DNA of 63,307 nt, filler included, from Octopus bimaculoides (Eukaryota): the NCBI RefSeq assembly GCF_001194135.2. It is 3 parts of 3 records of this genome, joined end to end, with 100 filler letters (N's around TTAATTAATTAA, not from the genome) between each part and the next. Parts side by side here need not be neighbours in the genome. Positions count along the whole stretch, not along the records: positions 1 to 31,729 come from NC_068987.1; positions 31,830 to 58,688 come from NC_068992.1; 1 more part is not named here. One strand, written 5' to 3'. The notes below the pieces were generated by a model. That model was given only the letters and a program-made list of their open reading frames with translations, was not told the DNA's origin and made no database searches. A program made the translations under genes and the position numbers. Positions 26,040-38,074 of this stretch are shown here, in pieces (position 1 is the stretch's first letter; each line of letters opens with the position of its first letter).

Positions 26040-26354
26040 TCCGTCGGTTACGACCAAGAAGGTTCCAGTTGATCTGATCAACGGAACAGCCTGCTCGGGA
26101 AATTAATGCGCAAGTGGTTGAGTACTCCACAGACACGCGTACTCTTAACGTAGTTCTGAGAGAGAGATTCAGCGCGATACAGAATGTGACAAGGCTGGAC
26201 CTTTGACTTACGGGTACAATTCATTTTTGCCAGCTGAGTGGACTGGAGCAACATGAAATAAAGTGTCTTGCTCAAGGACACAGCGCACTGTCAGGAATCG
26301 AACTCACGACTTTACAGTCGTGAGCCGAGCACCCTAACCACTAAACCGTGCGCC
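26040..26354 (-). mobile_element. SINE family D
   Basis: Reverse complement colinear with 43272-43590. Confidence 0.88.
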
Positions 26355-26467
26355 TTCACTACAGTCAACAAATATATCTGAACCAATCGAAAGAATGGGA
26401 GAGGACAATCCATTTATGAAAACATCACCTGCCAGCTCTTGGAATTGAAGGCGCGAGGCTGCTGGTC

Positions 26468-26620
26468 ATGGAGGTGCACTCACGATCTAGTGACTGTGGT
26501 TTCGATTCCCAAACTGGACGGTGCGTTTCGGTTCTGAGCAAAATACTTCATATCATCTGGAAATGAGTAATCCTGCGAAGGACTGGTGTCCCATTCAGGG
26601 GCGGTGTTGTGATCTCGGTG
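26468..26620 (+). mobile_element. SINE family F, diverged
   Basis: B box gtttcgattccc, tctgagcaaaatacttca, and ctgcgaaggactggtgtcccattcaggg; related copy at 46835-47055. Confidence 0.6.
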
Positions 26621-26791
26621 TAAAGCTTTTAAAGCAGTGTTTCTCAACCATTAAAATTTCTTTTTTTTTTGCCTGTTGACATCTTTGGTCCCTATTTTAA
26701 ATTTCCTGGGTCTCCATAGTCATTCGACAAATATTAAAAAAAGAGAAAGTCCTACTGTGTTTTTATAATTAAATATTAAGAGGAGTAGTCT

Positions 26792-27148
26792 TTTATTTCT
26801 TTTACTTGTTTCACTCATTTGACTACGGCCATGCTGGAGCACCACCTTTAGTCGAACACATCGACCCCAGGACTTCTTCGTTGTCAGCCTAGGACTTTTT
26901 CTATCAGGCTCTCTGGTCGAACCGCTAAGTTACGGGGACGTAAACACACCAACATCGGTTGTCAAACAAGAGTGGGGGCGGACAAACAGGCACACACACG
27001 ACGAGCTTCTTTCAATTTCACTCATAAGGGTTTGGTCGGCCTGAAGCTATAGTAGAAGACACTTGCCCCAGGTGCCTTGCAGTGGGACTGAACCCAGAAC
27101 CATGTGGTTGATAAGCAAGCTACATACCACACAGCCACTCCTGCGCCT
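26792..27148 (-). mobile_element. SINE family A (internal microsatellite largely absent)
   Basis: Reverse complement has head, CCTGGGGCAAG domain and tail. Confidence 0.88.
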
Positions 27149-27204
27149 AATATAAAAAAATTAAACTATTTTGTGTATAACAAATTCATTTCACATAAAT
27201 TTTA

Positions 27205-27385
27205 ACAACCGATGTTGGTGTATTTACGTCCCCTGTAACACTAGTGGTTCGTCTAAGGAGACCGATAAAATAAGTACTAGGCTTACAAAGAACAAGTCTT
27301 GGGGGTCGATCTGTTCGACTAAAGGCGCTGCTCCTGCATGGCCGCAGTCAAATGACCGAAACAAGAAAAGGAATAAAAGAACAGA
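27205..27385 (+). mobile_element. SINE family A, 3-prime half
   Basis: aacaaccgatgttggtg...catggccgcagtcaaatgaccgaaac. Confidence 0.85.
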
Positions 27386-27959
27386 AAAATATAACCTCAT
27401 ATGGACCCCGAAGGGTCGTATAAAACCCCGGTTGAGAATCACTGGTTTAAAGTAACAACAGTTGATAGAACCTAATTTAAGCAGGATCGCCTGCTACACA
27501 CCCTCCTATGTTGCTTACCTGTCATTGAAGGCCTCTTACTCTCATCATATGCTAGGTTAATGCATCCCAACGTGTTTCTTTTTTGCCTTCACTGATAGTT
27601 TTTCAACGTTTAAGCAGCGCCATTTTAGCAGCCATTGTGTGTTGTTTGTGGTAATGCAGAGTACATTGTTTGGCATTCTGCATAATTTGTTATGATATCG
27701 TTGTTAGGAAGAGATTAAAAAGCTTAGAAAGGATTGGTATAATCCAAGATGGATCAAATGTTACAAAGTGTTATTGTTTCTTTGCATCAGCGAAATGCCA
27801 TGTTTATCAGTGTTCTCTGTACGTTTGTTTGAAGTCTTTACTTCTCTATATCTGTAGAGTTATTTTATGTAATTTTCAGTACATCTATGCTCGTTTATCA
27901 CTGGTATTTGGGTCCATAAAAACAGTGATAATTGAAATGGTGATAAATTAATCATCTCC

Positions 27960-28420
27960 ACACATCTTGTAAATGAAACGATTGGTATATTCATTGACAC
28001 CAAACTCGTGCTCAGCACTACGAAGCTGCTACCGTCATGTATTTTCTTGATAATCTTTACTTTTCCAGTTAAAAAAATATTCTCATCTGCATCGTTTGTT
28101 AGGATCAGGCGCCTTTGTCTTGGAATGAATGATAGGTTCATTGACACCAAACTCGCGGTCTCCAGCAGCGAAGCTTCCACCCTCACGTATTTTCTTCCAT
28201 TCAGCCTTTTCCTATACAGAGAATAAACATGTCTGCGGAGCATTGTGTGGTGGTCACTTAGATGTGTGTTTGCAGTACAAGCAGAAATCTTCGACTGATC
28301 GCCGACCCGTGTTGTCACAGATGAATCCGTCATAAGTGTAACCTTCTTCACATTTAAGCATACCGCGATATCCCCAATTAGTAATAAGTGGATCAGGGAT
28401 AATCGAGGCAACGTGTACTG
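27960..28420 (-). mobile_element. Decayed Tigger/pogo transposon 5-prime end with duplicated CENP-B-type HTH
   Basis: TIR-like cagtacacgttgcctcgattatcc at 28420-28397; minus strand gives EKAEWKKIREGGSFAAGDREFGVNEPII and, across a frameshift, KVKIIKKIHDGSSF/RSAEHEFGVNE. Confidence 0.7.
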
Positions 28421-28869
28421 TTTGTGGTTTCTGTCGTATGCTTGTAGCACTGAGTATGATAATTATACTTGATATTCTGTTACGATGTGATTTTGACAGA
28501 AGATTGTACAAATTAGCGATATTAAGGAATCAGTCTTCTAAAAGTTTTGAGGTGGCGCATGCGCGTGATATGTGTCTAAATGGTGCCACTTGACTTCAAT
28601 TTTTATCGATAATTTTTCCCCAGCTTCAATATTTCTGATATCTAGCTGTGTTCATTCTAGTAGTTGTAGAGGTTAGAACGTGCAAGGATTCCTTCAGGCA
28701 CATAACTGTCTTAGTTATATCTTTGTAAATTTGTTTGGCCCGGGGGCTTTTCAGTTTTAGGATTTTTCTATTAGGTTTCTGATGCCTGATAGGAGCAAAT
28801 ACGAGAAAACTCGTAGTTAAAACATGTTGTGCAGAAACGTTCGAAATCTCCGCAGAGAATCTTTTAAGT

Positions 28870-29065
28870 TCAATGATACAAATTTCCGGTTTAAAAGTGA
28901 TCTAAAATTTGAAAAAGAAAACTTCAATCAAAAATTTCGAGTTAATTTTTGTCCTAATTGCCAGCTTAATGACTTAATGACAATGTTACTGTACTAAATT
29001 CTTCATTATCATCAAAATTAATTGAAACAAAGCCAATATTTCTACAAAAATATAACAACAGTTAA
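28870..29065 (+). mobile_element. Second copy of the piggyBac-type MITE family
   Basis: aagtgatctaaa...aaaacttcaatcaaa...tactaaattcttcattatc...gaaacaaag...atttc aligns with the reverse complement of 11086-11289. Confidence 0.5.
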
Positions 29066-29360
29066 ATAGAAGTTTATTGGTTTTATTTGCATATATGCGT
29101 GTGTGAGTGTATATATATACATGCATACATACAGGCATACCTACATATCCTATATATATATATATATGCTGTTAATAATAAACAATTACTAACTTCACAA
29201 TTTCCATTTTCTTCCTCTTTTAAATGAACATAAACTATGTTTTTATATATATCTATTATTTTAAGGAAATTCATTCCCCGAAAATACTAGGTATTGAACT
29301 AGTATTTTTTTAGATGAAACCATCCCTTCATGAGGTTAACACAACCTCAAATTCAATTCA

Positions 29361-29399
<39 letters not shown>

Positions 29400-29571
29400 T
29401 ATTATAGGCATAGACATTGGGTTCTGCTCAAGATATTCACAGGATCTTCCAGACCAATATCTAATGGAATTTCCAAGTGTTTTGTTTTTTGATTTTTGTT
29501 CTCCTCTAAATTTTGTGGTAATCTACTGTCTTTTGTTGTTTTTTTTTCTTTTTTTTTTTCTTTTTTACATA

Positions 29572-29775
29572 AGCGCAAACATGGCTGCGAAAATTAGAAG
29601 CTCGCTTTAAAACAATGTGCTTTTGGTTTCAGTCCCACTGTGCGGCACCTAGGGGGCAAAACGTCTTCTGCTGTAGCCCCGGGCTAACTAATGCTTTTTA
29701 AGTGAATTTGGTAGATAAAAATTTTGAGGAATCCCTTCGCGTTTATACATACATAGACACACACACACACATACA

Positions 29776-29806
<31 letters not shown>

Positions 29807-30040
29807 TATATTATATATTATATATACACCCACACACACACATATGTACACACACATGCTTTTGTGTTGTTTACCCCACCACCACCGCCTGACAATAAGT
29901 GTTGGTTTGCTTATATCCCCGTAACTTAGCGGTTCGGCAAAAGCGAACCGACAAAAATAAGTATCCGGACCTATTTGTACGACTATACCCTTGAAGGAGG
30001 TTCCCCAACATGGCCCCAGTTCAATGACGCAAACAAGTAA
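29572..30040 (+). mobile_element. SINE family A, old full-length copy
   Basis: Degenerate head, ggcacctagggggcaaa domain, microsatellite, ccccgtaacttagcggttcggcaaaa, tail. Confidence 0.8.
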
Positions 30041-30216
30041 ACGTTAAACGTCTTTTAATCAACAAATTTCAAACCCAGTTCCCAGCGTAATTCTGACTAG
30101 ACTCGTTAGATTTCGGCGGCTTTTTAAATTATCAACGCCAGCGTGAAAAAAAAAAAAAAAAAACGAAAAAAAAAAAACGTTCACGCTCTTATACTCTTAT
30201 GTTGGCCATGTCATCA

Positions 30217-30292
30217 CCTGCTGATGAAGATGAGGGTATATATATAATTTTATATACACATTTCTGATAGAAACATGGGTTCCATGTCCAAG
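30217..30292 (+). ncRNA. Type I hammerhead-like motif, probably decayed
   Basis: CUGAUGA 30221-30227; GAAA 30270-30273; 6-bp stem III ACAUGG/CCAUGU with GUU loop; GUC triplet 30286-30288; stem I ccug/caag 3 of 4; stem II long, AU-rich and not flush with GAAA. Confidence 0.5.
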
Positions 30293-31337
30293 AAACAGAT
30301 ATATAAAACAAGCATGCTTATTTCAAAGTAGGTACTTTGTTGTATTTTCACTTAATCGGTCCATTTTACTTAGTTTTATNNNNNNNNNNNNNNNNNNNNN
30401 NNNNNNNNNNNNNNNNNNNNNNNNNNNNNNNNNNNNNNNNNNNNNNNNNNNNNNNNNNNNNNNNNNNNNNNNNNNNNNNNNNNNNNNNNNNNNNNNNNNN
30501 NNNNNNNNNNNNNNNNNNNNNNNNNNNNNNNNNNNNNNNNNNNNNNNNNNNNNNNNNNNNNNNNNNNNNNNNNNNNNNNNNNNNNNNNNNNNNNNNNNNN
30601 NNNNNNNNNNNNNNNNNNNNNNNNNNNNNNNNNNNNNNNNNNNNNNNNNNNNNNNNNNNNNNNNNNNNNNNNNNNNNNNNNNNNNNNNNNNNNNNNNNNN
30701 NNNNNNNNNNNNNNNNNNNNNNNNNNNNNNNNNNNNNNNNNNNNNNNNNNNNNNNNNNNNNNNNNNNNNNNNNNNNNNNNNNNNNNNNNNNNNNNNNNNN
30801 NNNNNNNNNNNNNNNNNNNNNNNNNNNNNNNNNNNNNNNNNNNNNNNNNNNNNNNNNNNNNNNNNNNNNNNNNNNNNNNNNNNNNNNNNNNNNNNNNNNN
30901 NNNNNNNNNNNNNNNNNNNNNNNNNNNNNNNNNNNNNNNNNNNNNNNNNNNNNNNNNNNNNNNNNNNNNNNNNNNNNNNNNNNNNNNNNNNNNNNNNNNN
31001 NNNNNNNNNNNNNNNNNNNNNNNNNNNNNNNNNNNNNNNNNNNNNNNNNNNNNNNNNNNNNNNNNNNNNNNNNNNNNNNNNNNNNNNNNNNNNNNNNNNN
31101 NNNNNNNNNNNNNNNNNNNNNNNNNNNNNNNNNNNNNNNNNNNNNNNNNNNNNNNNNNNNNNNNNNNNNNNNNNNNNNNNNNNNNNNNNNNNNNNNNNNN
31201 NNNNNNNNNNNNNNNNNNNNNNNNNNNNNNNNNNTATATATATAAGCTGCAAACAGTGTGTGTATATACACAAGCTTATATACACTCAGTGCTCGTGTAT
31301 ATTTACGCACGCGAGCGTTTATGTAAACCAGTGTATA

Positions 31338-31386
<49 letters not shown>

Positions 31387-31585
31387 CACATACGCCCGTA
31401 AAGGGACGTAACTCAATACGGTACGAAAGCAATTTCTCCATTTCCTTTTTGATAAGTATCAACTATTCACAAATAATTATCTAGTGATGACAGACAATTA
31501 GATGGTTGTTGAAACTGTCAGACAATCGGGTATGAACCATACATACATACATACATACATACATACATAGACGAGCGGACGGAGG

Positions 31586-31657
<72 letters not shown>

Positions 31658-31773
31658 CAGATTGACTGGTAGTTTACCATTATGTACCGCCACGTAAATG
31701 TGCTGCTTTTATTATAAGTTTTGTTTACANNNNNNNNNNNNNNNNNNNNNNNNNNNNNNNNNNNNNNNNNNNN

Positions 31774-31785
31774 TTAATTAATTAA
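31774..31785. other. Artificial TTAATTAATTAA linker inside an N gap
   Basis: Identical 12-mer flanked by N runs here and at 58733-58744. Confidence 0.9.
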
Positions 31786-31829
31786 NNNNNNNNNNNNNNN
31801 NNNNNNNNNNNNNNNNNNNNNNNNNNNNN

Positions 31830-31882
<53 letters not shown>

Positions 31883-31989
31883 ATATTATGGGCGTTTCGG
31901 AAAATGGTTTTCATTTATGGTCATTCCAGTTTTTCTCTTTTATTTGCCCATAAAATAATATCGTAAAAAGTGATGCTGTTGTTATTGTT

Positions 31990-32205
31990 GTCACCATCAT
32001 TGTTTCGCCTAAGGTCAACCCCGAATAAGCAGACTAAAGGTATTTTAGCGGTAATCACCCAGTCTCCTTTAGAAATATCACCCGATCATTATATCGCCCA
32101 ACGTGTCCTGTTCTTATATAAGACTTTAAAATACCATTTGTAAGGGGAGATGTGACTGTTATTTCTAGCAAATTAATCGTCTATGAAGAGGTTCTCGCAT
32201 CACCT
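31990..32205 (-). mobile_element. Old repeat family E
   Basis: Reverse complement has ttgctagaaataacagtcacatctccc and a gttgaccttaggcgaaacaa end. Confidence 0.5.
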
Positions 32206-32673
32206 CCTGAAATGGGTTTTCTTTTGTTTTTTCTGAGTGTCCAATTAAAAGTGACAACTATCAACCATAACAAGGTAAACCCATAACAGAATATTTCCAA
32301 TTGCATATAAAATAACATCAGAACATCCATTTACCATTTCTACAGTGGAATGATGGTACCATCATCGCCTGTACCATAATCACAAAATGTATTCTGATGG
32401 CAACATTTCTTCCAAACCTTTCAGACTTTAAAATTTCCTTTCCAAACGTAATATTTGCTGTTTTATTAGAATTTTTCCTTCATTTTTCTTTTCTTTTTTT
32501 TCTTTTTGTTATTCGTCACCTTATTTTCAGGAATCGCTGAAACCATGGAAACAAGTAGTTTTTATCTCCAAAATTATTATCTGGATATTCTTCCTGGAAA
32601 ACGATTTCATCTCTCTCTCTCTCTGTCTCTCTCTCTCTCTCACTCTTTCTCTCTCTCTTTGTCTCTCTTTGTC

Positions 32674-32707
<34 letters not shown>

Positions 32708-32739
32708 CTTCTCTCTCTCTCCCTCTCTCTCTCTCTCCT

Positions 32740-32771
<32 letters not shown>

Positions 32772-32774
32772 TCT

Positions 32775-32810
<36 letters not shown>

Positions 32811-33050
32811 NNNNNNNNNNNNNNNNNNNNNNNNNNNNNNNNNNNNNNNNNNNNNNNNNNNNNNNNNNNNNNNNNNNNNNNNNNNNNNNNNNNNNNNNNN
32901 NNNNNNNNNNNNNNNNNNNNNNNNNNNNNNNNNNNNNNNNNNNNNNNNNNNNNNNNNNNNNNNNNNNNNNNNNNNNNNNNNNNNNNNNNNNNNNNNNNNN
33001 NNNNNNNNNNNNNNNNNNNNNNNNNNNNNNNNNNNNNNNNNNNNNNNNNN

Positions 33051-33098
<48 letters not shown>

Positions 33099-33109
33099 AT
33101 AATTTCACC

Positions 33110-33152
33110 TGCTTTATGATGAAGGAGCGATAATAAAATCCGAAAGAAAGCA
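33110..33152 (+). ncRNA. Decayed hammerhead-like motif
   Basis: Stem I tgcttt/aaagca, core AUGAUGA (C3 changed), stem II GGA/UCC, GAAAG; the stem III and cleavage triplet are missing. Confidence 0.4.
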
Positions 33153-33469
33153 ATAACATGTCGTAGACGAAATCTATTTCAATAACGCGAAACTGACACA
33201 GATTCCAAAGATTTTACACAAGCTCACGCTCATCGTATTGCCACTGTTGTTGACTTGGTTGTTGTTGTTGTTGTTGTTGTTGCTGCCCCTGCAGCTACTT
33301 TTGTTTTTGCTGTTGTTTAAGTCAAATTTTATTCTACTCGTACAAGACATATGCTTAAAAGAGTGGTTTTGAACCGAAATCACGAGCATATTTCTATGAA
33401 ACATGGTTAGAGATCGAACAAGGAACAAATAAAAATAAGGGTTAAACATCTGCTATAAAAGAATCAGGA

Positions 33470-33690
33470 AATAGATTCTTCAAGCCGAGCTAAACGGAAG
33501 GAGACCTTGGAATAGGTAAGATATTATCCAGAGATGGTTGGATAATATCCATAGTCTCAATTGGTCACGCTTGAGAATCTTGTCGGAAAGTGTAGTGACT
33601 GTTGCATCTGATTGGACCCTATAGAGAAGATGCCTGAGGATTTTACCCCAACAACTGTCACAGAAATGGGCAGAAAAAAAAAAAGAAAAA
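33470..33690 (+). mobile_element. RTE-clade LINE 3-prime end remnant
   Basis: ILQAELNGRRPWNR*DIIQRWLDNIHSLNWSRLRI...LRILPQQ resembles the RTE C-terminus GRRPRGRPRTRW.D.I..LAW.RLGI...LRLLPP; A-rich end. Confidence 0.65.
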
Positions 33691-34656
33691 ATTGGTTGGA
33701 TGCAGAGGGTTTAAACGACCCTAGAAGTTTTTTGGTGGGTGTAAAATCAAAATTTGTACCCCTACTTTTCTTTGGTTAAAAAAAAGAATAAAGTGATTTG
33801 TTAAAAGTAATTTAAGGGTAAAAGTTTCTTCTTCAAGAACAAAGAACAACATTAAATTTTAAAACAGCAATTAAACCTTGTCTGTAATAAACTTTGCACC
33901 TGGATTTGCACTCCCTAAGCAAATTTCGTTCCTGACGTCATTAAGTGGATGGATGGATATGTGTTTGTGTGTGTGTGTGTGTGTGTTTGTGTGAGACCAA
34001 ATGAGACCGTTAGTCATTCTTGGGAATTCAACCGGTAAATATAATGGTGGATGCCTCCTATAGGCCCCTATGAAAGGAGGTATCTGAGGACACTATCCTC
34101 ACAACCTTCCCTCCCAACGTTGAGGATAAATGTATATATAAATAAAGATTTATATATATATANNNNNNNNNNNNNNNNNNNNNNNNNNNNNNNNNNNNNN
34201 NNNNNNNNNNNNNNNNNNNNNNNNNNNNNNNNNNNNNNNNNNNNNNNNNNNNNNNNNNNNNNNNNNNNNNNNNNNNNNNNNNNNNNNNNNNNNNNNNNNN
34301 NNNNNNNNNNNNNNNNNNNNNNNNNNNNNNNNNNNNNNNNNNNNNNNNNNNNNNNNNNNNNNNNNNNNNNNNNNNNNNNNNNNNNNNNNNNNNNNNNNNN
34401 NNNNNNNNNNNNNNNNNNNNNNNNNNNNNNNNNNNNNNNNNNNNNNNNNNNNNNNNNNNNNNNNNNNNNNNNNNNNNNNNNNNNNNNNNNNNNNNNNNNN
34501 NNNNNNNNNNNNNNNNNNNNNNNNNNNNNNNNNNNNNNNNNNNNNNNNNNNNNNNNNNNNNNNNNNNNNNNNNNNNNNNNNNNNNNNNNNNNNNNNNNNN
34601 NNNNNNNNNNNNNNNNNNNNNNNNNNNNNNNNNNNNNNNNNNNNNNNNNNNNNNNN

Positions 34657-34705
<49 letters not shown>

Positions 34706-35205
34706 AGGGATAGACTAAATATCGAATGCCTCAGCTGCTCACACTTATGAATCCAGCCGGAAAGTGTAATGAAGGTTGAGTATGATAAATCGCTATGGAG
34801 GGGGTGCCAGAGCATTGTATCTCCATTACCCTCGCAAAAATAGGGGTCATCGAAGAAGGATGGATTATAATTCCAAATAATACCTTTTTAAAAAAAGAAA
34901 TCAAGTTTCAAAACATTTCTCTGTTCCTACTCCCCACCCCATCACAGTCATTCAATCATATCAGGCAGGAAAATGGTTGCAGCGTTCAAGCGAACATTTT
35001 GCAAAGGACATACCAGATGTAACCGTCCTACTTTACTCCTATCTATGAGACTGCCAGGATCATATTCTCCAGTTTTCTATCTTTTACATGGCGATAGTAT
35101 TATGATTTGACAGTTATTCGGTTGTTATTTCTAGCAACAAAAGAGCCACAAAAGCGGTAGTAGTGACAGTAGTAGTGACAATAGTAGTATCGTGGTAGCA
35201 ATCGC

Positions 35206-35279
<74 letters not shown>

Positions 35280-35310
35280 CAGCAGCAGCAGTAGCAACAG
35301 CAGCAGCAGC

Positions 35311-35346
<36 letters not shown>

Positions 35347-35375
35347 TGTAGTTGTTGTAGTAGTAGTAGTAGTAC
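35206..35375. repeat. (AGT)n/(AGC)n microsatellite
   Basis: Direct reading; source of the poly-V/poly-T ORFs. Confidence 0.95.
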
Positions 35376-36245
35376 CACCACTACCACCACCCTTACAGAA
35401 TTTAGTCGTTTGAAATTTAAATTTAAAATATTCCAAATTTAAAATATTTTTTCAATTACGTTTCTACTAGAATATTCCTCAACAACAACAATAACAACAA
35501 TATCAACAACAACAACAACAACATGAAAGATAATAAAAAATTGTAAAATTTTATTATTAGAATTTTTTTTCTCAAAATCTTACAAAAAAGAAATGGTCTG
35601 TAATGCGTGTTTTTTTTTTAATTTTAAAAAAAATTTTATTTCCTTTAGATTATTTTCGGAAGCCCAATTCACAGAAACTCCCCTCTAAATTCTTCATTAG
35701 TTGACTAATTCTTGGTCTTTCTTATTGTTTTCCGTCTTTTTTTTTTGTGTGAATGTTTTCTTTCATTTTCCTTATTTTCTATTTTTCCCAAAAAATTCAG
35801 TTTTTCTTTTAGTCATTTGGTTTTCTCATATCTTTGGCGCTTATTCTGTCTTCTGCCTGTCTCTCTCCGTCCCTCATCCCTCTATCTTTATGCTTTATTA
35901 ACTAACNNNNNNNNNNNNNNNNNNNNNNNNNNNNNNNNNNNNNNNNNNNNNNNNNNNNNNNNNNNNNNNNNNNNNNNNNNNNNNNNNNNNNNNNNNNNNN
36001 NNNNNNNNNNNNNNNNNNNNNNNNNNNNNNNNNNNNNNNNNNNNNNNNNNNNNNNNNNNNNNNNNNNNNNNNNNNNNNNNNNNNNNNNNNNNNNNNNNNN
36101 NNNNNNNNNNNNNNNNNNNNNNNNNNNNNNNNNNNNNNNNNNNNNNNNNNNNNNNNNNNNNNNNNNNNNNNNNNNNNNNNNNNNNNNNNNNNNNNNNNNN
36201 NNNNNNNNNNNNNNNNNNNNNNNNNNNNNNNNNNNNNNNNNNNNN

Positions 36246-36277
<32 letters not shown>

Positions 36278-36621
36278 GAATATATTCACATTCGTATACA
36301 CACACACACACACACACACACACTACCACAAATATGTATGTATGTATGTATGTATGTATGCACATACGCTAATAACGAACAGTGGAAATGAGTGGTCAAT
36401 ATCACTTTGGTGGGTAGATATTATTTATTTTTGGGTTAACAAGACTACAGCTGATTTCAGAGCCGAACATTTTCAGCAATCTGCACCAATAATCATTTTC
36501 CCATGAGGCAGGCTTAATAATTGCTAAAGTTTTTCAGTATGAAACCAATGGTAATCTTGATAACCTACAAATAATGTATACAAACACACATATTATAATT
36601 ATACATATATACAGTGAGTGA

Positions 36622-36768
<147 letters not shown>

Positions 36769-37072
36769 AGATATACATTATAAAGTCTAGAAGTAAATTC
36801 ACCATTTCGATTAACGACAAGGTAGCTATATCATTAGCACAAAATGTACGCTCATTCTCAGATGGGAGGCTCAAAGAATTCTTGAAATATAGTCTATCTG
36901 GAGACACGACTTGTTGACCACAATGACACCATCTTAACTGGCTGCACAAACAATAATTACAGATCAACAAATAAATCCATTGGTTTCACTGTGGATAGCA
37001 TTGATACCTTGCTTGAAGCTATAGACACAATTAATCTCCATTTATTGTTTTCGTCACGGTAAAATATGTGTG

Positions 37073-37108
<36 letters not shown>

Positions 37109-37516
37109 TGTATGTATATATATATATAGGTACGTATGTATATATATAGTTATGTATGTATATATGTATGTATGTATATATGTATGTATATATGTGTAGA
37201 TATAGGTATGTATGTATATATATATATATGTATATAAGCATGCATACAGACATGTATATACAAAGTTATATATATATATATAAATATAAGTACATATACA
37301 CATATATATATATACATATATATATATTTATATGCATATATACACATGCATACATACACACATATGTATATATACATACATATGCATACATATATGTATA
37401 TNNNNNNNNNNNNNNNNNNNNNNNNNNNNNNNNNNNNNNNNNNNNNNNNNNNNNNNNNNNNNNNNNNNNNNNNNNNNNNNNNNNNNNNNNNNNNNNNNNN
37501 NNNNNNNNNNNNNNNN

Positions 37517-37562
<46 letters not shown>

Positions 37563-38074
37563 TTATATGTATATATACATATGCATACATACATACATAC
37601 ATATATACAATGCCCTAAGTTAAGCCTGCAATTTGATTACTGGTCACGCATACGTATGTCATTAATCGGGAAAACACAAATAGTGTTCGGCCATTCTCAG
37701 GAGAAAGACTGAAGAAACGTCTTGCAAATCGGTCTGTCTGGAGGGACAACCAGTTAATTTTGATGCCACCATCTTAACTTGATGAACGACTAATAAGCTC
37801 ACCTCAGTAAATAACACAGATATTCTAAAATATTTCAATGTAGGTAATGTGTGATCATGACTTCCAGGTATGGTCTCAGAGGATCTTGGTTTTCTGTGCT
37901 TTTTAATTAACGATGAAATTTGTAAATATAATAAAAATAAAAGAATAGGAAAATAAGAAATGAAGGTGAAACTATAAAAAAAAAAAAAAACAGTTGGGGA
38001 AATGTAAAAGATATTTAATTTCCTGTACAGAAACAAATGTAGATGTATGTATATACGTCTTTTGCCTTTATCTC

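Larger units (their letters stand above)
26635..27444 (+). mobile_element. hAT (Buster-type) MITE carrying two nested SINE A insertions
   Basis: TIRs cagtgtttctcaacc / ggttgagaatcactg (14 of 15 match); 8-bp TSD ttttaaag / gtttaaag with central TA. Confidence 0.85.

Noticed and set aside
28254-28511. Cys-containing ORF ...LKCEEGYTYDGFICDNTGRRSVEDFCLYCK, resembling a small secreted peptide
   Set aside because: Lies between the pogo-like TIR and the transposase HTH remnant, in the same frame as the decayed transposase; no splice sites or signal peptide support
33933-33940. Perfect CRE palindrome TGACGTCA
   Set aside because: A single 8-mer is expected by chance in a window this size; no promoter context
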